From: a virus
Lineage: Duplodnaviria; Caudoviricetes
Reading direction: 5' to 3' (one strand)
DNA length: 64,000 bases
IMG/VR virus record: IMGVR_UViG_2893071988_000005
Span: 1-64,000 of that record
Shown: positions 26,882 to 36,272 of the stretch, piece after piece
Position numbering within the stretch: the first letter of the stretch is position 1
How the letters are laid out: the number at the start of each line of letters is the position of its first letter
Position numbers and translations under genes: made by a program
Notes under the pieces: model-generated
What the model was told of the DNA's origin: nothing
The model's database searches: none
What the model saw: the letters and a program-made list of their open reading frames with translations, nothing else

Positions 26882-28651
26882 CTATTGCTTGAAGTGGTAG
26901 ACGCCCGCGCGAAGCAGGTTCGGCAGCCATTTCTTTTCCTGCGCCGTGGCAGCGGCGAGATCCACCATCTCGCCCTTCTTGCCATCGGCCAGTTCCGTGC
27001 CTGTCATCTCCAGATAGGCGGCGGCGATCTGCTGCTTCTTCAGGCCCTTGAAGTAGAGCTCTGCGTCGAAGTGCTCCAGCGGATCGAGCTTCATGGTCGC
27101 AAGGAGGCCGGTCTGTATGTCCTCGCGCGCCTCGTCGGCGACATAGCCGTGGGAGCCGGAGAGCCATTCTTCAGTGACATCCACGGTCTGCGATGCCAGC
27201 TCGGCCAGCTTGGCACCGAGTGCGTCAGGCTTCATCTTCGAGAACCGTTTGAAGCGGGTCAGGAACTTGTCGTCGGACGCTTCATCGGTGCGATGGCCGA
27301 TCTCCCGGGTGACCGTGATGCGGGAAGGTTTGGCGTTGCCGTAGCCGCCCGGCGCGTTCACCGACATGTCGAGCATGGTGACGACGAAGGCGAGGGCCGT
27401 AGGAGAGTGGGTCTGGACACGCTTTCGGACGGCGTCCGTCACGGCCTTCGCGAGGAGCGACTTCGTCGCCTTCGAGATGGCAAACGGGTCCTCCTCTTCC
27501 TTCGCGCCGCCAGAGCCGGAGACGGAGCCACTGCCCGTCTCCTTGCCGCGCTCGTAGATGCCGTAGGTCACCTCGTACTGCTTGTCATCGATGAACACGC
27601 CGGATGTCGCTCGCTGCTCGGAGGTGAATTCTCCCGGCCGCTTTTGCAGGGCCTCGTATTCCGCCTCCAGCTTTTCAAACTCGGCTTCATCAATGGTCTC
27701 GCCCTCGGAGTTCAGGATCTTCTCGAGCTGGCTGGAGCGAGCGGCTTCCGCATCGGTGTACTGGGCCTCCGGCTGGTAGCGCGCATAGTCCCAGTAGGAT
27801 TTGCCGCTCTCCGATGCGGTGACGATGAATGCCCAGCCCTCGTTGAGAGCCTCAGTCTTGAGGTCTTCGAGCCGCTGCGCCGCCAGCTTCTCGACAAGAG
27901 CGGTGTCCTCCCAGGTTTCATCGTCGGTGAAGAGGTCTGAGCGGACCGGGCCGCCGGCAGCCTGGTAGGCATCTCGGCCGACGAACTTCGCTATCCGGCT
28001 ATCGCCTTTCACCGAGTCCTTGCTGAGCAGATAGCGAACTTGGCGGGCGTTACGGTCGTAGCGGTAGAGGCCGGACCAGACTTCGAGCTGGCGCTCTTGC
28101 TCCGGCTCCAGGGTGAAGGCGGCGAGGGTGGAGAAGTCCATTTCCTCTGCCTCGAACGCGGCGAGTAGATCCGGGTGGACGTTCGCCAGCGCCAGCCTGC
28201 CCCGCACGAACTTCTCGGTCTGGCCGAAGCGCAACGCGATCTCTTCGATCGTTGCGCCGCCGTCGATCAGATCCTTGAACGCCCGAAATTCGTCGAGCGG
28301 CGACATGCCTCTACGGATGATGTTTTCCGCAAGGCTCAACTCTTCGGCCTTATGGTCATCGACATCGCGAATGATGATCGGGACCGGGTAGTCGGCCGGA
28401 ACTAAGCCTTCGGATACGAGAGACTGCACCGCAAGGAACCGGCGGCCGCCACCGAAGGTTCGGTAGCGAGCCCCTTCGAGGTCGGCGTCCGATACCGCCG
28501 GCGGGCGGACTGCGATCGGCTGGATGATGCCATTGGCGAGGATCGAGGCCTTCATTGCTTCGATCGAGTCCTTCTCCCGGTTTTTACGGACATTCTTCTC
28601 GTCGATGATGAGCCGGTCGATGGTGGTGGAGAGCTGCTGAAACTCGTGCAT
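26882..28651 (-). CDS. Long ParB/RepB/Spo0J-family protein
   Basis: 'NVRK...GIIQPIAV', 'GGGRRF', 'SLAENIIR', HTH 'IALRFGQTEKFVRGRLAL'. Confidence 0.88.
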   Translation of the reverse strand: MHEFQQLSTTIDRLIIDEKNVRKNREKDSIEAMKASILANGIIQPIAVRPPAVSDADLEGARYRTFGGGRRFLAVQSLVSEGLVPADYPVPIIIRDVDDHKAEELSLAENIIRRGMSPLDEFRAFKDLIDGGATIEEIALRFGQTEKFVRGRLALANVHPDLLAAFEAEEMDFSTLAAFTLEPEQERQLEVWSGLYRYDRNARQVRYLLSKDSVKGDSRIAKFVGRDAYQAAGGPVRSDLFTDDETWEDTALVEKLAAQRLEDLKTEALNEGWAFIVTASESGKSYWDYARYQPEAQYTDAEAARSSQLEKILNSEGETIDEAEFEKLEAEYEALQKRPGEFTSEQRATSGVFIDDKQYEVTYGIYERGKETGSGSVSGSGGAKEEEDPFAISKATKSLLAKAVTDAVRKRVQTHSPTALAFVVTMLDMSVNAPGGYGNAKPSRITVTREIGHRTDEASDDKFLTRFKRFSKMKPDALGAKLAELASQTVDVTEEWLSGSHGYVADEAREDIQTGLLATMKLDPLEHFDAELYFKGLKKQQIAAAYLEMTGTELADGKKGEMVDLAAATAQEKKWLPNLLRAGVYHFKQ

Positions 28652-28661
28652 AGCTCTTTCC

Positions 28662-29045
28662 TTATGCTGCAGCCGCGGCGGTTGCCGTGACTTCGTTGGA
28701 GAGGACGCGCACCAGATCGGACACGACAGCGCGGTGCTTGTCGGGGAGGTTCTCGATCTGGATGGCGAGGCGGATGGCGTAGACGGAGGGGCCGGCGTCC
28801 TCGGTGACGGGCTCCGCGTTCTCCAGCGGCATCAGGTTCGGTGCCGTGGTCTTCAGGGCAGCAGCGATCTGCATCAACCGGCTGCCGCCGACGCGGTTGG
28901 TGCCCTTCTCGTACTTCTGGATCTGCTGGAAGGTGACGCCGACGGCCTCGCCAAGCTTCTCCTGGCTCATGCCGATCGCGACACGGCGCGCACGGATCTT
29001 CATCCCGATGAGGATGTCATCGGGCTTGGGCTGCTTCTTCATCAT
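28662..29045 (-). CDS. XRE-family HTH regulator
   Basis: 'MSQEKLGEAVGVTFQQIQKYEKGTNRV'. Confidence 0.9.
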   Translation of the reverse strand: MMKKQPKPDDILIGMKIRARRVAIGMSQEKLGEAVGVTFQQIQKYEKGTNRVGGSRLMQIAAALKTTAPNLMPLENAEPVTEDAGPSVYAIRLAIQIENLPDKHRAVVSDLVRVLSNEVTATAAAAA

Positions 29046-29057
29046 GGGGATATCCTC

Positions 29058-30215
29058 TTAGGCGCGACGGGGCATGAGGAGGAACCGGACATTCGGTTCC
29101 TTCTGGTCGAGGAAGAGGCCCGCGCCATTGGCCGCTTCGTTGATTTCGAGGGAGACCTGGCCGGCGATCCGTTCGAGGATGTCGGCAAGGTAGGTGGCAG
29201 AGAACGCGACCTTGAACGGCTCATTGGCGAGGCAGGGCAGGTCCGTGCTGCCTATGCCAAAACCTTCCGATGCGCAGGTGAGCTCGGCGACCTCGCGGCC
29301 GATATCGATTGCGATCGGCGCCTGCTTGATGTCCGAGACGGAGGCAACGCGGTCGACGGCCTCACGGAGCGCGGCCGTCACGAAGAGCGCCCTGCGATCG
29401 AGGTTGGCGGGGAAGACGCGCTGGTAGTCCGGGAACGAGCCGTCAACGAGCTTGGATTCGATCTGCTCGTCGCCCAGGCAGAACAGCACGGCATCGCCGG
29501 ACACAGCGATGTCGACCACGGGCGGGGCGTCCTTGCGGCTGGCGAGCCGGAGGACTTCCTTGACCGTCGCGGCGGGGATGATTGCGCCAGCTTCGTGCAT
29601 GGCTTCGCAGCCCGCCGGCGGATCGACGGCATAGGCCGCCAGCCGGTGCCCGTCGGTGGTGACGAACATCAAGCGCTCCTGGTCGGCGTCGTATTTCAGG
29701 AACACGCCGTTCAGGTAGTAGCGGGTGGCATCGGTGGAGATGGCGAACCGGACGGTGTCCAGTGCTTTCCGCAACTCGCTCGTGTCGAGCGTGAAGCGGC
29801 AGTTCGTCGCCTTCAGTCCGTCGGCGCGGGAGAAGACCGGGAACTGATCGACATCATCGCCCGGCACAAGCTGGAGCTTAGTTCTGCCGAACATGCAGAC
29901 GGTGTGGTCGTCGTGCCTGATGAAGTCGAGGGACTGAGCGAACGGGACCTTCGCCAAGGCCGGCTGCAGGCGATGGGCATCGACCATGATCTTGAAGTCC
30001 GGCGAGACACGGCCCGGAACGAAGGTCGAGGTCTGGACATCGAGGTCGGTCCCGGTGACGACGACGCCGCCCTTCACGGCGGTGATCAGCGCCGCGCCCA
30101 GGATCGGGATGGTGGCCTTCCTCGGCACCACCTTCGTGACGTTTTCGATGGCGCGACCGAAGCGGCGATAGTCAAGCGAGGCGCTGGTCGGAACCGGCAG
30201 AGCAAGTGCGCACAT
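29058..30215 (-). CDS. dnaN: DNA polymerase III beta sliding clamp (phage copy)
   Basis: 'TIPIL...GTDLD', 'FAISTDATRYYLNGV', 'TDGHRL', 'LVDGSFPDYQRV', 'LMP'. Confidence 0.9.
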   Translation of the reverse strand: MCALALPVPTSASLDYRRFGRAIENVTKVVPRKATIPILGAALITAVKGGVVVTGTDLDVQTSTFVPGRVSPDFKIMVDAHRLQPALAKVPFAQSLDFIRHDDHTVCMFGRTKLQLVPGDDVDQFPVFSRADGLKATNCRFTLDTSELRKALDTVRFAISTDATRYYLNGVFLKYDADQERLMFVTTDGHRLAAYAVDPPAGCEAMHEAGAIIPAATVKEVLRLASRKDAPPVVDIAVSGDAVLFCLGDEQIESKLVDGSFPDYQRVFPANLDRRALFVTAALREAVDRVASVSDIKQAPIAIDIGREVAELTCASEGFGIGSTDLPCLANEPFKVAFSATYLADILERIAGQVSLEINEAANGAGLFLDQKEPNVRFLLMPRRA

Positions 30216-30244
30216 ATGGTCTCCTTTCTGTGCATGGTTGCGGG

Positions 30245-30529
30245 TTATCGGTGCGCCGCCGCGACGGAAGCGGCGGCGCATTGGGCTTTGACCTCCGGTG
30301 GTGCTCGCGCCCAAACCTCACGGCTCACCTCTTCACTGAGGGGCGTGTCGTCGTAGAGGGTGAGGCAATAGAATTCTCGCAGGTGGATCGCATATGCCGC
30401 GATGCACCAAGCGCGGCCAAAGGACTGGACGGTGAACTCGAGCAATCCGGGTTGCGGGAGCCGCTTAAGAAAGGTCAGGTCACCGTCCCAGAAACTGCGA
30501 GGTGGCGGACGAAACGTCACGGGTGTCAC
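30245..30529 (-). CDS. Small paralogue-family member 1
   Basis: 'AAYAIHLREF' and C-terminal 'VWARAPPEVKAQCAAASV'; GTGA-coupled. Confidence 0.7.
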   Translation of the reverse strand: MTPVTFRPPPRSFWDGDLTFLKRLPQPGLLEFTVQSFGRAWCIAAYAIHLREFYCLTLYDDTPLSEEVSREVWARAPPEVKAQCAAASVAAAHR

Positions 30530-31164
30530 AGCGCCACGATAGGGCAGGCCGCCAAGCCTTGCCGCTCAGCAAGCCCGGTGACGAAATCGGTGGGTGCTTC
30601 GCCGGCCTTGAAGGCGCGGAGCGTCTGTGCCGGGTCCAGTTCGAGAGCGCAGTTGAACGCGGCGGCGGAGTAGGCTGTGGCCAGCGTGGTCCAGAAGCGG
30701 CGGGATTGGCGCCAGTGCTCGAAGTTCGCGCGCTCTTGGGACCAGACGATGAAGGCGAGGGCGGGGACGGTCGGGGAGTAGCGCCCGTCGCCGTAGCGGT
30801 TGTTCTCGATGACACGGTCCCACGGGAGGTTTTCGAGGACGGCCGGCGCGAAATCGAAATCGAAGGCGCCGTGATAGTGCTGGTCGCCTTCGAGCTTCTC
30901 CCACACGGCATGGATGATGCGGCCGGCCTGCTGAGCGACCATGCGCATGCCGGATGTTCCTGCAGCGTCGAAGTCGGCGGCGAACTTGGTCTCGCGGTTT
31001 TCGAGGATCCATTCCCACGCGCAGAGGGCGGCCTCGGTCTCCGCCGAGGTGTAGGTCGTGACGCCGTGGACCTGGCGGCCGCCGGCGTCGGGAATGGGGA
31101 GCGAAGGGAAGTGGTGAACGGCCAAAGGGGTGCCGTCCACCGCGATGTTCACGGTGACGTTCAT
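30526..31164 (-). CDS. Hypothetical phage protein
   Basis: 212 aa, AGGAG RBS; 'EAALCAWE...FDFDFAPAVL'. Confidence 0.7.
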   Translation of the reverse strand: MNVTVNIAVDGTPLAVHHFPSLPIPDAGGRQVHGVTTYTSAETEAALCAWEWILENRETKFAADFDAAGTSGMRMVAQQAGRIIHAVWEKLEGDQHYHGAFDFDFAPAVLENLPWDRVIENNRYGDGRYSPTVPALAFIVWSQERANFEHWRQSRRFWTTLATAYSAAAFNCALELDPAQTLRAFKAGEAPTDFVTGLAERQGLAACPIVAL

Positions 31165-31186
31165 CGTGGTCTCCTGTTGTGGTGGG

Positions 31187-32422
31187 TTACGGTTCGATGC
31201 GGATCACTTCGCCGAACGGGACGCGGGGCGCCCACTGGTCGAAGGCCTGCTTGGTGCCGGTATGCGCCCAAATGACGGGCGCCTCCGGCTTCTCGCCGAA
31301 ATCGTAGGTGCAGAGGTCGGTGAGAAAGATGATGGCGGTAGCGTCGGAGTGGTGCCGCTTGATGTAGCGGAAGGCCTCGGTGAAGGCGGTGCCGCCGCCG
31401 CCGGCAGCGCGCAGACGGATGGTGTCTCCGGCCTGGAATGTCTCGACGTTGCAGACCGCGGCGTCGGTGTAGATGACGGTGATCAGTTCCACATTGCCGT
31501 CGTCGAGGATGCCAGATATCTCGCCGCCGCACTCGGCAAGCATGTCGTCATCGACGGAGCCGGAGGTGTCGACGCAGCAGACGATATGCCTGATACCTTC
31601 GGTCGGCACGATGCTCGGCATGACCAGGCGGTGAGGGAGAAAGCGCCGGCTCGGCCGCGCCCAGCTGTAGTCGCTCATGAACACCTCGTCGGCGAAGCGG
31701 CGAAGCCTTTCCCGCCAGTTCACCTTCGGCTTGGTGATGTCAGCGATGAGCCGCTGCAATCCGGCAGACAGCTTGCCGATGCCGTTGCCTTTTGCCTTTG
31801 CGATAGCCGCCGCCTGCGCCACCTGAGTAGCGATGGTGGTTTCGGCCGAGGCGAGACCCTCCCGGTCATAGGTTGGCGCCGCCGGCATCGTGCCGCCGCA
31901 GCCACCAGGGTCAACGCCGAGGCTCCCTGCGCCTGTGCCACCGCCGCCCGGGCTGGATGCTCCGGTGTCCTCTTCGGAGCGTCCGGACTTGCCGCGGCTC
32001 TGCGACGGCGGCTTGTCGGGGAGGAGCCGGTAGACGTCTTCGGTCGACATGCCTCCATACTGAGGGTCGTAAAGCCCGCCCTTCGGCATCTCGCCGCAGC
32101 TGCTCTCCTTCAGTTCGAAGTTGATGACATAGTCCCCGGCGATGTTCCACTTCTCCGGGTCGCGATTGCCCATGCGGGTGTGGTGGTAGAACACGTCGTG
32201 CAGGATTTCGTGAGCGAGAACAAAGACAAGCTCGCGCTTGCTCAGCTTCTCCACGAACCTGGTGTTGTAGTAGAAGCGCTTGCCGTCAGTCGCCATCGTC
32301 GGGACGCGCGGATCCTCAACGATCTCCTTTTGAACGATCATCGCCCCGAAGAACGGTTGCTCGAACATGAGTGCGGTCTTCGCGGCCAGCAGCTTGCTTT
32401 CGATGTCCAACTTCGGCGGCAT
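31187..32422 (-). CDS. DUF2201-type metallopeptidase plus vWA domain protein
   Basis: 'TMATDG', HExxH 'HEILH', 'WNIAGDYVIN', MIDAS 'DTSGS', 'GGGGT', 'FLTD'. Confidence 0.88.
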   Translation of the reverse strand: MPPKLDIESKLLAAKTALMFEQPFFGAMIVQKEIVEDPRVPTMATDGKRFYYNTRFVEKLSKRELVFVLAHEILHDVFYHHTRMGNRDPEKWNIAGDYVINFELKESSCGEMPKGGLYDPQYGGMSTEDVYRLLPDKPPSQSRGKSGRSEEDTGASSPGGGGTGAGSLGVDPGGCGGTMPAAPTYDREGLASAETTIATQVAQAAAIAKAKGNGIGKLSAGLQRLIADITKPKVNWRERLRRFADEVFMSDYSWARPSRRFLPHRLVMPSIVPTEGIRHIVCCVDTSGSVDDDMLAECGGEISGILDDGNVELITVIYTDAAVCNVETFQAGDTIRLRAAGGGGTAFTEAFRYIKRHHSDATAIIFLTDLCTYDFGEKPEAPVIWAHTGTKQAFDQWAPRVPFGEVIRIEP

Positions 32423-32948
32423 CGGTGGTCTCCTTGTCGCATGATTGCGGTTGACAGGGCGTGGCGCCTTGTTGGGCTATTTCGGCCGCCACCATTTCCG
32501 CCATTTTCTCCCAGGCATCGTTGTCCACCCGCACCTCAAACTTGACTTCGATGGGTGGCAGGATCGCGGGAGGCGGATAGTAGGGCGCGCCGAACGTCGG
32601 CAACCGGACGTATTGAAGCTTGACCAGAGGCGGCGGTTCATTTTGCGCGTTGATCGATTTCGTCACCAACGATGCAATCTCCTCGGAGGAGAGGGCCGCG
32701 ACGAGAGGAGAGGTCTCGACCGAAACCACCACATGGTCCGCGAAGACTAGACGTCCTTCACGCCGGTTCACCTTGCTGAGATGCGTAGAGCAGGTTGCAT
32801 TGAAGCGCCGGGAGCGGACCCAATACTCCAGACGGTACACACGCCTCGGATACCGTCCGTCTCGGGGGCGAAACACGAAGACAACAAGGTCGCTGTCGTC
32901 TTTGCTGCGTCGGATCCGGTAGAACCGGCGAAGTATCTCCGGGGTCAT
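32316..32948 (-). CDS. Small paralogue-family member 2 (extended C-terminus)
   Basis: 'LEYWVRSRRF' and 'LVAALSSEEIASLVTKSI'; ATGA-coupled. Confidence 0.65.
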   Translation of the reverse strand: MTPEILRRFYRIRRSKDDSDLVVFVFRPRDGRYPRRVYRLEYWVRSRRFNATCSTHLSKVNRREGRLVFADHVVVSVETSPLVAALSSEEIASLVTKSINAQNEPPPLVKLQYVRLPTFGAPYYPPPAILPPIEVKFEVRVDNDAWEKMAEMVAAEIAQQGATPCQPQSCDKETTDAAEVGHRKQAAGREDRTHVRATVLRGDDRSKGDR

Positions 32949-33343
32949 CTGCCCCTCCTTTGAAGAGAATAGGTGGTCGCCTTCGCGAGGTCGGCGGGGG
33001 AAAGGCAGGATCGGAGCACATCAATCAAGCGGTCGCCGACGAGGGGGAGCTTGGTGCTGCCGCGGAAGAACATGTCCGGGTCGATGGACTTCACCGGATC
33101 GCGTCCCTCCTTCGTGAGCTTTTCGGTGAGGGCCTTCATCCGCTTCCCGGTCGGGAGGCCCAGCGGCACGTTGGCCACGTTCCATTTCCGCTTGTCGACA
33201 TCGTAGGAAAGGATCCAGTTGGCCACTTCATGGTTGTCCCGGATGCCAATGAAGTACCACTTCATCGTTGCGCTGCCGTAGGGCTGGATGTTTTCCTCGG
33301 GATTGAAGGGGCCGAGGACCTGGCGAACCATGACCATGGTCAC
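32945..33343 (-). CDS. Small paralogue-family member 3
   Basis: 'LSYDVDKRKW' and 'LRSCLSPADLAKATTYSL'. Confidence 0.7.
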   Translation of the reverse strand: MTMVMVRQVLGPFNPEENIQPYGSATMKWYFIGIRDNHEVANWILSYDVDKRKWNVANVPLGLPTGKRMKALTEKLTKEGRDPVKSIDPDMFFRGSTKLPLVGDRLIDVLRSCLSPADLAKATTYSLQRRGR

Positions 33344-33669
33344 CTTCCTTTCTGATACTGGATGGCGGCAGCGATGGCCGCCGCCAGTTGAGCCGGTGGG
33401 ATGTGGGCACGGAGCATCTCCTTCAGGGTGTTCTCCTGGTGCTTCGGCTTGGCGCCGGGAAACATGTCGACCTGCGTCAGCCCTTTGTTAGCCGGCCGCG
33501 TGAAGGTGCGCAGAACCTTGAATGCGCGAGTGTCGAAGTAGAAGATCACCCGCCAGCCTGCCTGAGAGCCGTCATCGAGCACGCCGGAAAACTCCCAGAC
33601 GTAGCAGTCTCTATGCTGGCGCACCTTGGACGGCCCCCAGAGGGCCGTCACTTTCGAGGCCATCGTCAT
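33340..33669 (-). CDS. Small paralogue-family member 4
   Basis: 'VIFYFDTRAF' and 'LRAHIPPAQLAAAIAAAI'. Confidence 0.7.
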   Translation of the reverse strand: MTMASKVTALWGPSKVRQHRDCYVWEFSGVLDDGSQAGWRVIFYFDTRAFKVLRTFTRPANKGLTQVDMFPGAKPKHQENTLKEMLRAHIPPAQLAAAIAAAIQYQKGR

Positions 33670-33676
33670 CGCGCCC

Positions 33677-34678
33677 TCAGTTGTTGAAGAGGACGTCCTG
33701 ATTGGTGACCGTCCAGTCCACGTAGGTCTGGGTGTTCGCCAGCGCGGGATGCATCGAGACGTAGTCCATGCCGAACGTCACCTGGAAATCGCGCGGCAGC
33801 CGGCGCATGTAGGCATCCATCGCCGGGAGCTTGTGCTCGTCGGCGTGGTGAGCAAGGGCAGCGGTGATCGCGAACTGCGCGGCCTTATTCTGCGGGAGCC
33901 GTGCGCTGGCGGGATTGCGGACGATGCTGTCGACGGTCGGAAGGTCCGAGGCCATTTCGATGAAGCTCTTAAGCTCCCCGGCTGCACCCTCGCCAACGTA
34001 GCCGGCGAAAGCCCGGAGCCGGAGCATGTCATCTTCGACATCCATAACCTTGCTCAGCTCTTCCCAGGAGCGCGGGGTCGGGAACGCCATGTTGTCGCCT
34101 TCGCCCATCTGGTGAAGCAGACCGGGCCGGAAGCGGAGGAACGCGATCAGCATGGCGGGAAGCCGCTTGGCTGCGAAGTAGGCGACTGTGCTTTCGAGGT
34201 CAGCTACCACGCCGATATGGGCGAAGCGGTTGCCGAGGGCGGTCGGCATGGCCTGGGCGGCGGCCTTGTCGCTCTTGCGGTTGCCGGCGCCGACGACGCG
34301 CCAGCCCGGGGGAAGGCGGTACTCGCCGATGAAGCGGTCGAGGACGAGACCGAACGCTGCAGCCTGCATCATCGGCGGTGCGGCATTGATCTCATCAAGC
34401 AGCAGGATGCCTTCTTCGCCGTCACGTGCGACCTGCGGGAATTCGTCCGGCACCTTCCACCGGGTGGTATCGGCGGCAAGATCGGGCAAGCCCATCATCG
34501 AGACCGGATCGCGGGTGGAGCAGCGGTAGTCGATGACCTTCCAGTTTCTGCCCTTGGCGATCTGTTTCACGATTGAGGACTTGCCCACGCCGGGCGGCCC
34601 CCAGAGCATGGCGGGGCTATCGACGCGGAGGTAGGTTTCGAGCACGGCGCCAGCCGCGACGATGTTCATGTCGAGCAT
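33677..34678 (-). CDS. MoxR-like AAA+ ATPase
   Basis: 'GPPGVGKS', 'LLLDEIN', 'AGNR', 'ALGNRF', 'FPTPRSWE'. Confidence 0.9.
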   Translation of the reverse strand: MLDMNIVAAGAVLETYLRVDSPAMLWGPPGVGKSSIVKQIAKGRNWKVIDYRCSTRDPVSMMGLPDLAADTTRWKVPDEFPQVARDGEEGILLLDEINAAPPMMQAAAFGLVLDRFIGEYRLPPGWRVVGAGNRKSDKAAAQAMPTALGNRFAHIGVVADLESTVAYFAAKRLPAMLIAFLRFRPGLLHQMGEGDNMAFPTPRSWEELSKVMDVEDDMLRLRAFAGYVGEGAAGELKSFIEMASDLPTVDSIVRNPASARLPQNKAAQFAITAALAHHADEHKLPAMDAYMRRLPRDFQVTFGMDYVSMHPALANTQTYVDWTVTNQDVLFNN

Positions 34679-34717
34679 GTGTTTCTCCTGATGTGCATGA
34701 TTGCTGTGAGCGGCGGG

Positions 34718-34987
34718 TTATCGCCGCTTGGAGGTGCGGGTGATGGAGGCGGCTGCAGCCTTTGCCCTCTCTTCGTCCGGCAGCATCGTGAGGATGTAGT
34801 CCAGCGTGAGGTCTGGGCCGCGATGCTTATAGGTGGCGGGATCGATCAGGTGGCTGAGTTCGAAGCTCCGCTCAGCGACGACGTAGGTGAGCCTGTGGCT
34901 TGCGAATGTGTCCTCGGGGGGGGCGAAGTGCCATTCCAATAAGCTACCGAGATCCATGGCCTCGGACATGAGGCGCACGGCGGTCAT
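34718..34987 (-). CDS. Small paralogue-family member 5
   Basis: 'LTYVVAERSF' and 'ILTMLPDEERAKAAAASI'; ATGA-coupled. Confidence 0.7.
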   Translation of the reverse strand: MTAVRLMSEAMDLGSLLEWHFAPPEDTFASHRLTYVVAERSFELSHLIDPATYKHRGPDLTLDYILTMLPDEERAKAAAASITRTSKRR

Positions 34988-35238
34988 GGCCAGGCCTCGG
35001 TTCCGGCCAGAGACGCGGTCACGCAACGAGCAAGGATTGCCGGAGGGATGCGAGCGATGATGGCGCGTTGTCTACCTTCGCTGATGTCCCGGCGCTTGTG
35101 ATCCCGGCACACCCACTTTCGGTCCACAATCTTGTAGCTGACATAGGCGTGGGTGCGGCCGCGCCAAAGCGCCTCGAATTCAAGTTCCCAAGGCACCCAT
35201 CGCGGCGCTTCCCGGAACTCCAACTCTCTCAGCTTCAT
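34984..35238 (-). CDS. Small paralogue-family member 6
   Basis: 'VSYKIVDRKW' and 'IIARIPPAILARCVTASL'. Confidence 0.7.
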   Translation of the reverse strand: MKLRELEFREAPRWVPWELEFEALWRGRTHAYVSYKIVDRKWVCRDHKRRDISEGRQRAIIARIPPAILARCVTASLAGTEAWP

Positions 35239-35247
35239 CGGCGGCCG

Positions 35248-36156
35248 TCACTTCATGAACGCACTGATGTCGTCGAGGATGCGCTGCGCCTCGTCCGCGA
35301 TGTTTTCGCGGGCGGAATCGCTGTTGCGCAGTGTCTCCGCGTCGTGCCGGGAGAGCCGGGCCAGACGATCGGCGAGGGCGTCAAGCTCCGGATCGCCGGT
35401 GATGTTGAGCGACGGCATCACCTTGACCAGATCGCGGATGTTCTCGACCAGGCTGTCCCGGAACACGCCGGCCGTGGTCTCGCCCGGGCGGGTGGCCGGC
35501 TTGTAGTTGACCATGCGCTCATGCATGTGCTCGACGGCGCCGACGATGCGCTCGTAGACGTTCCGGACCGCGGCGCGCGCCGCCTCCTGCACATCGCGCT
35601 CGATATCCTGCCGGATGCTGTGGACCTGCTCGGCGGCGAGGTTGGCGCGGAAGTCGCCGGCAGTCGGAACCGGCATCACCTTCGTGATGAAGCTGAACTT
35701 CATGGTGATCTCGTCGGCGTCCGGGTAATCCTCCTGCCGGAACATGGTGCCGAGGTGGCGCTGCGCGTCCTGCACATGCTGCGGATAGTCCCGGAGGAAG
35801 CGCTCGACTTCTTTCTCGAACTTGTTGCGCTGGTCGGCCAGCCATTTGGCGTGGGCCATGAAGGCCTGCGCCGCCATGATCCGCTTGCCGTCGTCCATCC
35901 AGGGCAGGGTGCGGCCGTTGAACTCGTTGCGGATCTCGCCGACGAGCTTGGCGATCGGTTTCAGGGCATCCGGTTTCACGATCGCCTTGTTGTAGCGACC
36001 GGCGTCGGATGCGGCAGACTTGCTGCGGTTGACCTCGTTCGTCACATCGCGGTCCAGCCGGCGGCCCGACCACTGCGCGATGGAGAGGGATACGACCATC
36101 GCCCGCGATGCCAGGGCATTGGAGGCGAGGGCGGTGGTGGGGATATTCATGTTCAT
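35248..36156 (-). CDS. DUF3150-like phage protein
   Basis: 'VSLSIAQWSGRRLD', 'TLPW', 'FRQEDYP', 'FRDSLVEN', 'LNITGDP'; usual neighbour of MoxR/vWA pairs (recalled, not searched). Confidence 0.7.
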   Translation of the reverse strand: MNMNIPTTALASNALASRAMVVSLSIAQWSGRRLDRDVTNEVNRSKSAASDAGRYNKAIVKPDALKPIAKLVGEIRNEFNGRTLPWMDDGKRIMAAQAFMAHAKWLADQRNKFEKEVERFLRDYPQHVQDAQRHLGTMFRQEDYPDADEITMKFSFITKVMPVPTAGDFRANLAAEQVHSIRQDIERDVQEAARAAVRNVYERIVGAVEHMHERMVNYKPATRPGETTAGVFRDSLVENIRDLVKVMPSLNITGDPELDALADRLARLSRHDAETLRNSDSARENIADEAQRILDDISAFMK

Positions 36157-36186
36157 GCAGGTCTCCGTGTTGCCATGAGCGGCGGG

Positions 36187-36216
36187 AAAAGAAAAAGCCG
36201 GGCTGAAACCCGGCTT
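36187..36216 (-). terminator. Intrinsic terminator
   Basis: Minus strand AAGCCGGG-TTTCAG-CCCGGCTTTTTCTTTT. Confidence 0.75.
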
Positions 36217-36237
36217 GTGAACCATTCTGAATTGGCG

Positions 36238-36266
36238 TTGACATCGGAGTACTTTTCGAACACCCT
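36238..36266 (+). promoter_or_regulatory. Putative promoter of the CRISPR-like RNA array
   Basis: TTGACA-N17-CACCCT; predicted start ~36273 coincides with the first unit. Confidence 0.5.
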
Positions 36267-36272
36267 CAATTG

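Noticed and set aside
26882-28651. Phage-plasmid partition system
   Set aside because: No ParA or Rep gene and no evident parS array; the element has an integrase and sits at a tRNA.
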